From: Octopus vulgaris
Taxonomy: Eukaryota
NCBI GenBank assembly: GCA_951406725.2
Contig: OX597820.1
Location: 106,454,001-106,518,000, forward strand
Length of the DNA stretch: 64,000 nucleotides
Direction of reading: 5' to 3'
This document shows, piece by piece, positions 25,793 to 36,926 of this stretch. A program made the position numbers and the translations under genes. The notes beneath the pieces are model-generated. The model saw only the letters and a program-made list of their open reading frames with translations, searched no databases and was not told where the DNA came from. Within the stretch, counting starts at the first letter, position 1; each line of letters opens with the position of its first letter.

Positions 25793-27541
25793 CTGCTAAA
25801 TCGGAAACCTAAAATGGATCCATAGCTCTCATCTCAATTACAAGCTTGGAACCCAGATAATTTGTTACAACACTTATCCACCTATTGGTTTAGATTACCA
25901 GTGAACTAAACCCCCATATTATAGATAGATAGAAAGACAGACAGCCGAGACCTACCCCGGGAAGTTTCCACTAATTTTTTTTCCTTTTTGCTCCTTTCAT
26001 TTTACATTTCTTTCTAACAGCTATAGATTAGCCAAGGTAGTTTTATTTTTATTGTTGAAGGAAGTTCATATAATATGGGAGAGGTAAATTCCAAAATGTG
26101 TGAAGGACCTTTTTTTTTTTTATATGTGCATGATATCTTAATATTCAGCATGCTTTCATCTCATTTACATGTTATTGTTATTTTGAAAACATTGATATTT
26201 TTAAACTAATAACATACCAAACTAGAATTTAGTAATAAACTCAAAGGATTTTCTTTTCTTAATAAAAGTAAAGGGGCAAAAAAAAAGATGTGAAAACAAC
26301 TGGGTTAAAAATCCTTTTGATATTGTGTTCTACACAAAAGTGATCATATTAGTTTTGTTAAAAAAGAAATAGTGCAGAGTGCACCAAAATTCTTTCAGTT
26401 TTAATGTATTTTATTCTTTAATGTACTGTAAATAAGTACCCTCTGGGAAAGCTGCTAGTCACTGAAAAAGAATGAAAAACAGAATTGTGCTGTTTTACTT
26501 AAGCTATAATTTATTCAGAGCGTATTTACACAAACTGATATCAGAGTCTGAAAGAGTTTCTGCAAAGGTACAGATCTAACAGTTACTGCACAGAAATGAA
26601 ATGTGAGCACTGTGGGCTGTTTCCATAGAATAGAGCTAAAACAGGAGTCATGATAGGTATAGCATGATATAAGCCTTGAAGATCAAATGAACAACAAATT
26701 CAGATATAATCTTAGGTAACAAGGAAAATATATTAAGAATGTCAAGAATTGTCTGTTCTATGATAGAAACTTCCTATTTTAAAATGATCTACTTTAAAAT
26801 TTTCCATCAAAATTTCATGTTAATTTATGTTCCAAACACCAGCTTAATTATGACAAAATTATTTTACTAAGTTCTTCATTATTTTCAAAATTAATTGGAA
26901 CAAAAGCAGAGTATTTCAACAGTAATATGATAACAAAAGAGTTAATATAGAATGATATAATGATAAAAATTGAGGAGGCAAATTCTAAAAATGTTCGTTT
27001 AGAAATGAAATCCAGATGTGGTCCCTCTAATGGTTATAGCTATTGCAAGGGAGATAATCATTTTACCATAATAAGTACAGGAGTAAAAATTTAAAATTGA
27101 AATTAAAGAAAAAGAAGCACAGAATTCACATGTTCAATATTTTGTTTACTTAGTCTGAAGTTCTCATAATCTATTATTCATTATAGGCTTAATTTTTTAA
27201 TATTTACCGTTTTCTCTTTTTTGTTTTTTCTTTCAAAACATTTAAAGTGAAAAATTTATTTTTGTAATTTGCTTAAGTTTTTCTCATGGTTCTTAATGAA
27301 AGCATGTCATGTTCTTATTAGATTTGTTTGCAGTTGATGAAATTTACAAAATTTATTGAAGAGCATGTCAAAACCCACTGACAATTTGTTTTATCTTTGT
27401 TTTCATTGATTTTACATTTGTTTCACAATGCATGTGATACTATTTTACTTGTCACATCTTCTTATTCTGTCCCTTCCAACTCCTCTGTGTTGTGTGTTCA
27501 GTTCTTGGGTCTTTATCCTCTGTGTCTATTTCAATGTACAG

Positions 27542-27678
27542 GGAAACCTTTCCACCTCCACCAACAGTTTTTCAGCCCTCTCTTAACAAATATGCAGAAG
27601 CTGAGGAAGACCGCCCCACTTCTACACAGCAGTCAAGGTCTTTCAAATTGTTACAAGGCTTGATGGACAGTGGTCAAG
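27542..27678 (+). CDS. Zasp: Zasp-like exon B (ALP-like/AM motif QSRSFKLLQ)
   Basis: tacag acceptor, G|gtaagg donor. Encodes ETFPPPPTVFQPSLNKYAEAEEDRPTSTQQSRSFKLLQGLMDSGQ; QSRSF-x-x-L matches the ZASP/ALP AM motif. Phase 2 to 1. Confidence 0.85.
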
Positions 27679-27820
27679 GTAAGGTGTGATATCAAGCCAT
27701 ATTCCAAGGCTTTTTCTTTTTTTTTTTCCTCCATCATTTACCTGCAAAATTCCTGATTTTATATATTAAAGGAAATATTTATTACAATTTGATAACTATG
27801 AAACAAAAAATGATAGTAAT

Positions 27821-27856
<36 letters not shown>

Positions 27857-28510
27857 ATCAATCTATCTACTTCTCACCACATTTTTTTCTCTATAAACTT
27901 GTAGAGACATATACCCAATAACATTTTATGCAAACATTGTATATAATTAACGAAGTTAGCATTTTTGTCAAAATGACCAGAACAAACTGAAAGCTACACA
28001 TTACTTTCCCATTTTACAAGTACTAGAATCAAAACATTCCAAATCATTATTGTGTAGCACAAGCTTTGAGTAGTTTTCTGTTGTTGATTTATACCAAGTT
28101 CCTAGACTGACATCATAGAAAAATTCTTTCAAATTTCAAATACGCTGTTATAGTGTGGAAGATACATGTTAACCATTCAAAAACAATAAAAACTGTTAAC
28201 TACACTTAATCATTATTTCATATCAAAATTTTCCTCACACTGCTAGCTATGATTAGATAACAGATCGTGCAATGAAAATTTTGACATCCAATAATAAGTG
28301 AAGTGAACAGTTTTTGTGTTTTTGAGTGATTAATATGGTTTTCATAATGTAATTGCTTTAGTTTCAACAGACAATCTCAGATCAAATCACTTGCCAGACA
28401 AGTACATTTCTGAATTTCAAATAAGTTATATTTTTCTGAAAGCCTAACAAAAGTAGAAGTAGGATATCCTTGTTGTTATTGATTAATTAATCCCAACTGC
28501 TACTGTTTAA

Positions 28511-28730
28511 CCCTTTTGATGCCAACCCACCAGAGACTGTCACCTGATTCTATGGTAGAAAATTCATATTTTAAAATTATATTAATTAAAACCTTAGATC
28601 GAAGTTACATGTTAATTTATGTTCCACATACCTACATAATGAGAGTTGTTTTACTAAATTCTTCATGGTTTTAAGAAATTAATTGAAATTAAGGTAGCAT
28701 ATTCTTAACAGAAATATAATAACAAAGAAG
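28511..28730. mobile_element. piggyBac-like MITE family 2
   Basis: TTAA|CCCTTTTG...CAAAGAAG|TTAA. Confidence 0.65.
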
Positions 28731-30723
28731 TTAAGCAGAACTATAGACTAGAGGTAGGCGATCAGATATTGAGGTTACATTGCATACTTGTTAATCTTCC
28801 ATCAGGACAACAATGTACACATTGTTATGCTTGGTTAAGATAGATATATTAATGTCCAAAATGAAATTCAGAGATATTGCACCTGCTTGGTTATCCAATC
28901 TGCACTTCACTGAATACCTCTGCATTGGTACTATAGGGATGAGTATATACTAGAATTAACATTTTCATCATCTTGCTCAGGTATTTTTGACCTGAGCATA
29001 CCTTCCGTCTTGGTCCTACATTAGTTGAAGGTCTTCAGGGAAGCATGCAATGTCTAGACACTGGATTAGGATATTAGTATTCATTAAAGTTTTAATATCC
29101 ATTCTTCATTTAGACATTAAATCAATATGATTTGTTGTTCTTATATCTCAGAGAAATCACCTCAGTGCCATTTTAACAGGTTTGGAATTATTTATGGTGG
29201 ATATCCATTCTTTTCTTTAGCTTGCAAAAGATTCAAGTTCAATACTGCACATTTGTGCTAATCCTAATCGCACAGTGACTTTGTTACTTAGCTTTGAGCT
29301 TATACTTCTATATGGTATTTACATTTAAGAGGATTGAATCAATTAGATTTGAATTTATTGAATATTCAGCAAAGAGCCAATGTCAGGAGATGACTCGAGA
29401 ATCTTTCAACCAGGAAACTTATCATCTTTGTGATTCAGCTGGCTTTGATTCTTTTAAGTCAAAATAATAGTATCTTAGATATCATTGTTTTGAGGGGTTT
29501 TTTTTTTTAGGGTTCGTAAAATAAGCACCATGGAGGTGCCTTGCTTAGTGGTTAGGGTGTTGCACTCATGGTCGTAAGATTGTAGTTTCAATTCCTAGCC
29601 CAGGCAAAGTATTATGTTTTTGAGCAAACATTTCATTTCACATTCATCTAATGCATGCAACAGACTGTCATCTCATCAAGGATTGGGGAAATATACACCA
29701 CAAAAAACAGGAAACTAGCCTTATGATCCTATGAATTGGAAAAGTCCTTTTTTTTCTTTTTTCTTTTTTTAAATGTACACCAGAAATAGTCTTATAGATA
29801 ATTAACTTTAGAAATCACTGTTTTGAGTCCTGTTATTTTTAAAGTTGGTAAAATAAGTACCTGTTATAGTTTGAGTGATAAACAATTGGATTAAAAATAA
29901 ATGCTTACCAGCTTTGACAGATTTTACAGCTGAGTTCCATAATCATTTGGGATATTGGAATACCACTGAAGACTTTGTCTTGTAATAGTTTAGGGATAAA
30001 TACTCTGAAATGTGTAAACTGTATATTCTACTAGATATGAGACCCCAAGTTTTCAGAAATAATCTTGGTAAACTGGTGAACTAAGCTAAACTGAAACTAA
30101 TGTCATGTTTAAAAACAGCAATATGCCTGCACTGAATTTGAACTTCCAGCTTGTAAGTTTATTTTCCAATACTTTATCCACCTGACCATTATGCATTCTA
30201 TAATGCATTGAAAAATACAAATCACCTGTTGTTTGGTTGCTAAACTATCTTCATATAATGGATCTGCATGCTTTGACAAAGAATTCAAACACTTATATAA
30301 AAATTTCAGATTTGACATGAAGAAAAAAAAAATGCTGTACTGAAAACCCAAATGAAATGAAATATCTAATCAAATGAAAATAATTTCCTTAATTTAAATA
30401 AAAAAAAACCCAGCATTTTGTCTAATTATTTCTCACTGGAATATACCACCTGTATACTTATACAATTGTCATTCATGACCAAATTTGGTTGTGTACAATA
30501 CAGTTATCTAGCTGGAACTCAATATCAGAAAGAAAATAAGCTAGGGTGTTTACATACAAGCAAGCTAGCTGCTACCTGTTTAAATAGGCTTGGCTGTTAA
30601 TTCTATGGGGTGGGGGAACAGCCACTCAGTATAATCAAAAACCAAGTATATTTTTGTTGCTTTTTTTTTTCTATTTGATAAGAGAGCTAAGAAAAGGTGT
30701 TTGTGTTTTTTTTGTCCTCCCCC

Positions 30724-30770
<47 letters not shown>

Positions 30771-33110
30771 ACATCACTGTTTAGTTGAAGGAGAGTTTTC
30801 TCTAACCTTCTAGACAGCCTGTTTGCTGCAAGATCTATCACAATATTTACACATTACTAGTTTTAGTTATGTCGTTTCTGTTGTACTCCTTGTAGATACC
30901 TAGCTATCATCTATCTAGAAGGTGCCTACAGAGGGTTGAGTGGGTATATGCATGCAGAAAGAGGATTGGGTTGGTGTATAGTAGATAGTGAGAGAGATGA
31001 AAGAATTCATTATGTTCTATGTTATGAAACTCAAAGTGTGACTGACAATATTTTGGTTCTGTGCTGGATAGAAGCACCAGATTGCCAAAAAACAATTTTA
31101 TCTCAAAATAACTCATTACAAGAACTATTTTTAAAAATTACAAGAAACTAGAATTATGAAACATTTCTATTTTCTTTCTATATTTATCTTATGTGATTAT
31201 CATGTGGCAAGTGCCACATGTAGAAAGAGGTTAACAGTCGACAAATGTACAGGTGTTCTGGATTAATAAATATGATATGGGCTGCACTAAAACACCATAT
31301 TATGCTTTTCTATTGTGTATTATTTGTGTATTGCTGCCTTATACACTTAGCATTTCATGTTCCTACACAACTCTGCATCAGATTGATTTACACATACACC
31401 AGCATCATTGCCATTACTTGTCTGGCATGTGTTGGATGGTTTGACAGTATCCAATAAGTTTCAGGGCTGTGTTGAGCTCCAATACCTGCTTTAACATGGT
31501 TTCTATGGCTTTCTGATGCCAACCACTTTCTAAATTGTACTGGAGCTTTTTTTTTTTTTTCATGGCACCAACACTAGTGAGGTTACCATGTAGCTTTACG
31601 AGAGTAAGATCCCTTTGACTGAATGTAACTATAGTAGGAAGGGAGGCAACTTTATGCTAGATGAGTGGCTAAGAAATGAAAGGAGCCAGAACAGGTTTAT
31701 TCCTTGTTGATGTGATACATGTTACTTTGCATTATATAAAAGTGAAAGGCAGTGAGCTGACAGAACCATTAGCATGTCTGACAATATGCTTAGTGGCATT
31801 TCATCTATCTTTATGTTCTAAGTTCAAATTTCACTGAGGTCAATTTTGACTTTCATTCTTTTGGGGTCAATGGAATAAATACCAGTCAAGCACTGGAGTC
31901 AATGTAATCAACTGGCCTATCCCACCACCACATACAAGAAAAAATGTCAGACCTTGTGCCTGTATTCGAAAGAATTATATAAAAGTGTAAGTAGTTGGAG
32001 AGGAGCTGGAAGAGATGTAAAAATGATGGTAGTGATGCCACTTTACACTATACAGCACCAAACATCACTTGATACGGCAGCATTAAATGGTATAAAACAC
32101 ATGGTACTATGCAGTGCACCATATCACATTATAATGCAACACACTGCAATGTTACACCTCTCTGCATTAAAACACCTACACCACAAGGTACTCATTCTGT
32201 GAGGCATCCACACTATAACACCCAAACCATGAAATCATCCAACAAATAAGGTATTTTATTTATTTTCTTTGCACATTGGACCACCACTGTACATTTTTTT
32301 TATAAATGTCATCACCATCAAAGCTTTGTCAAGCAAAGACATAAACAATGAGCTTCCATACAGTTTCCAAGCTATGTCTATAGTAAACCAAGATGCCATG
32401 GCCATGTGAAGGAACCCAAAGCCGTCTGTGCTTCAGTCAAAATAAAATTTTTGGTGCTAAACTGCAATAAATCTAATTACTGGTCTGATGAGAGCACCAG
32501 ATACAATGTTTGATGCTACAACAATTATAACCCTTTAGTTTCTCCAGCTCAAATAATACTTATTTTGAAATCACTTTTCATTCTTCCAAGGTTGATTAAA
32601 TAAACACCTTTTAAGTATTGGCTGTTCCTGCTGTTCAAAATTTTGGCTTTGTTTATCCCTATGTAAGAAATCATCATTTAACATCCACTTTCCTATACTT
32701 GCATGAGTCATATGGAATTCATTTAGGCTGATTTTCTTTGGGTGGATACCATTTTTGTCACCACGCCTCAACTGTTTCCAAGTAAGGTAATATATCCACG
32801 TGGCTAAACATGTTTTCACAAGAGATTGGAAATGAATGATGCTGCTTATAGGATAGTGATTCTCATGCACAACTATTACATAATGTCAAGGCAAAGAGAG
32901 AGACACACAAACACCTATGCAGATGCAGGTACATACATATATTTTATATATATATATATATATAAACAGGCTTCTTTCAGTTTCCATCTACCAAATTCAC
33001 TCACAAGCCTATGGTTGGCTCAGAGCTGTTGTAGAAGACACTTGCCCAAGGTAACTTTAACGTGCATAATTTGACCCTGAATATAGAGATAATATTCTTA
33101 TAGTCTAGTA

Positions 33111-33514
33111 TACTCTTTACTCTTTTACTTGTTTCAGTCATTTGACTGTGGCCATGCTGGAGCACCGCCTTTAATCAAGCACATCGACCCCAGGACTTCT
33201 TTTTTGTAAGCCTAGTACTTATTCTATCAGTCTCTTTTGCCGAACCGCTAAGTTACACGGACGTAAACACACCAGCATCGGTTGTCAAGCAATGTTGGTG
33301 GGGATAAACACAGACACACAAACATATACACACACATGCATATATATACATATACATATATACGACAGGTTTCTTTCAGTTTCCGTCTACCAAATCCACT
33401 TACAAGGCTTTGGTTGACCCGAGGCTATAGTAGACGAAACTTGCCCAAGATGCCACGCAGTGGGACTGAACCCAGAACCATGTAGTTCGTAAGCAAGCTA
33501 CTTACCACACAGCC
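33111..33514 (-). mobile_element. tRNA-derived SINE family A
   Basis: Nearly the same sequence as 9446-9823. Confidence 0.85.
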
Positions 33515-34226
33515 AGAAATGATATGACAAACAACTTATTGCATTTAGTTTTGTCTTTTACCATTATTTTTTTTCAATTCTTCTATTATTTAAAACTAAA
33601 CAGCAGTAATACATTAGGAGTTAATTCAGTCAACATTATCATATCTAATTATATAAACATTATCAATAATTCTATCAGTAATTTGATAAAACTCTGGTAA
33701 TAAGGAAGCAAAAAGAGAAGTGCGTATACATTATATTCATTTTCTCAAAAATTAGCTCATTGTATCTCTGTTCTTCCTTCACATTCATTCCTTTCTCACT
33801 TTCTCTCATTTCTTTTATCTTTATCTTTTTGCTTTCACTTTTTCATTGATTTCCCTCAATGTTCTCTTTCTCACATTCTCTCTGACTCTTAAACTTTTCT
33901 TAAGCTCTTTTTCTCTCTCTCTCTCTCTCTACATATATATATATATATATATATATATCCTGTCTTTCTTACATGCTTACATATGCAAATTTTCTCTCTT
34001 TTTCCCTCTCATACATGTTTTCTCTCTCTTTCTCTTTCACACTGTTCTTGTGTTCTATTTCTTTTTCATAATGCCTTCTCTCTATTTCTCTCATACATGT
34101 TTCTCTCTCTCTCTCTCTCTCACTCATGACCCCTCTCTCTATCTCTCTCTCATTCTCAATTACAACTCATGATAAAAAAAAAACGTTAATAAAATGACAA
34201 ACTATTTACCTGATCAACTATTTCAG

Positions 34227-34440
34227 AACCCCCTCCAGCCCTGAGACCCTTGAATCCGATGCAGTCACCCAACAGATCTCGAAGTGTTTCTCCTTTACCC
34301 TCACAACAAGCAAACAAAGGGAATACAGTAAAAGCTGTAGGAAACTGGCAGTACAACTCACCTATAGGGCTGTATTCCAAAGAAAATGTTGCCCACACTT
34401 TCAAGGATCAAACAAATATTCTAATCAGTTCAAATAATGG
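34227..34440 (+). CDS. Zasp: Zasp-like exon C (ZM motif)
   Basis: tttcag acceptor, GG|gtaatg donor. Encodes EPPPALRPL...WQYNSPIGLYSKENVAHTF...SSNNG; QYNSPIGLYS is the ZASP-like (ZM) motif. Phase 1 to 2. Confidence 0.9.
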
Positions 34441-35007
34441 GTAATGAAAACAACACAAATCATTATATTCAACATTCAGAACCTTTTTCTTTTTTCTACT
34501 GTCCTTGTTCTCTTCTCTTTCCAGAATGCTGTAGGATATGTAGGGTATTTTCTATCATATATGTACAAGCTAGTACAGAATGCTTTGTATTACGTATGTA
34601 TATTAGATGCATAAGCTCTCAGTTGTTGATATGTATGTACGTACGTATGAGCTCATAGTTGGTGTAATAACTGAAATGTATGTAATCTATTGTGTTTGAT
34701 AAACATGAAAGTCATATTGTACAGAAATTATTAAATATGAAAAATAGGTGACATTGATAGTAAATACCCTGAAAATATTTTCCATAGCTCTTCAGCTTTA
34801 CAAAGTATGTGCTGTAGAATGGACAGTAAGTTCCTAACAAACCACTTCTACACCACAACTGAAGTTATTTTGCTTCTCTTATTCTTCTCATCTATAATGT
34901 TCTTTTGTAGTTAATCACTTGTGAAGTGTTAGGCCCTGCAAGCCTGATTGAGTTCCAACTCTCTAGAGGCAGGTGAGGCCTTTAGTCATGATCTATGGAT
35001 TCCTTAA

Positions 35008-35211
35008 CCCTTTGGCCTTTAAACTGGCCATATGCAGCCAAAATGTTTTTTTCTGTTTTATGCTTAAATTAGCCAGATCTGGTTTCTCTCACCAACCTAC
35101 AATGTCATTCCAAAAATAGTCACATTATCAAGATATTAATTACATGATTAATTCAAAACAATAAGTATAAACAAGCATTACATTTGACAAAGTAATCTGA
35201 ATGCTAAAGGG
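35008..35211. mobile_element. piggyBac-like MITE family 1
   Basis: TTAA|CCCTTT...GCTAAAGGG|TTAA. Confidence 0.75.
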
Positions 35212-36058
35212 TTAAGAAAATAAAGCCAAATAAAAGGGGGCAACTATGCAAATGCCCAGTAGGAGTAAAAAAATCTATAACCAAATCCATTGTTTTGTAT
35301 GACACATCAAACAGTTAATTTTCAAACATTCATTTTCATGTGTTCTGTAGAGCAATTTTGACCTCCTGCCATCAACATTTCTTCTTCTTTTTTTTTTTTT
35401 TTCTAAATAATAATCTGTATTTAGAGAAAGAAATTTTCCTCCAAAAGTATTCTTCTTTCATTTTTAATTGTAGAAAGGATGAAGATCAAAATAGCTAATC
35501 AGATATATTCTTCATCTTCATTTCTCAACAATGACACCCAAAATAAAATTTAAAAAAGAAAATGCAATATTTCAAATAATCCAGTTAGTTTTATAATATT
35601 TCTCTTCAGTATGACATCATGTTTATGAATATGTAATTATGAATTGAATTTATGTTATGCACTATCAAACAGCTCAAATATCTTTTTGTTTCAGATATTT
35701 CTATTCTGCCACTTCCAAGGTACAAAATTTATTATAAAGGAGGATAATAAATAGTAATAAAAGTTGATTTCCACATCAGTTCAACATTTTAAAATCCATA
35801 TTTAACTATATACCTTTTTTTTTTTTTAAGGAATGTATTTAGAATAATTTATAGTTTGGTTCGTGTGTGTTATTTGAAGTTTTAGTTTACTAACAGCCAT
35901 CAACAGTTGACTGCAAGTAAGCTGAAATTTCAATTAAATGTTAAATTGTATTTATCACCCCCACCACCAATACCGGTGAACACTGTTCTCCCGCCCTCCC
36001 ACCCCCACCACCAATACCAGTGAACACTGTTCTCACCATCTACACCGGATACTCCCTC

Positions 36059-36113
36059 TTATGTTTCTCTATCTGTCTAACTATTTATCAAATTTCTCTA
36101 TCTATCTAATTTC

Positions 36114-36149
<36 letters not shown>

Positions 36150-36218
36150 CATTCGTCTAAAATCAAACTTCGTATCTTCGCGCCATCTTGAAGTATGTCC
36201 CCTCTAATACACATATGT

Positions 36219-36250
<32 letters not shown>

Positions 36251-36378
36251 TCATTCATCTACAAGCTGTAGTCCTGAGTGCAGATAAGTTGAATGCTTAA
36301 TTTTCACTTCGGTTACCATTTATTTATGTTTCTCTATCTGTCTAACTATTTATCAAATTTCTCTATCTATCTAATTTC

Positions 36379-36414
<36 letters not shown>

Positions 36415-36444
36415 CATTCGTCTAAAATCAAACTTCGTATCTTC
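36059..36444. repeat. Direct duplication of about 120 bp containing (TATC)n
   Basis: 36059-36179 and 36324-36444 are nearly identical. Confidence 0.85.
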
Positions 36445-36691
36445 ACCCGCCCTGCCCACCCCCACCATCAATACCGGATATCTCTATATTTTGCTCCATC
36501 TATACCGGATGTCGCTTCTCCCACCACCATTATAGGTGTCTACTCTTCGAACCCCCCTCTTCAATACGCTATTTCACCATGCATTACCCCTCTCTCGATA
36601 TCCTACGTTCTACTTGCCTAGAACCTGTCATCATTTCTCTGAACCACCCCTCCCCACTGGTGCTCCCCTATATTTCTGCCCCCCCCCCCCC

Positions 36692-36926
36692 ATAAAAAGC
36701 ACCATCCGAACGTGGCCGATGCCAGACCCTCTGGCACCTGTGCAGGTGGCACGTAAAAAACACCCACTACACTCGCGGAGTGGTTGGCGTTAGGAAGGGC
36801 ATCCAGCTGTAGAAACACTGCCAGACTAGATTGGTGCCTGGGGCAGTCCCGAGCTCCCCAGACCCCGGTCGAAACCGTCCAACCCGTGCTAGCGCGGAAA
36901 ACGGACGTTGAACGATGATGATGATG
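36692..36926 (+). mobile_element. RTE LINE 3' end
   Basis: GGCGTTAGGAAGGGCATCCAGCTGTAGAAAC...followed by a (GAT)n tail. Confidence 0.85.

Noticed and set aside
26519-26567. Exon-like block AYLHKLISESERVSAK
   Set aside because: Phase 2 to 0 does not fit exon B, and both splice sites are weak.
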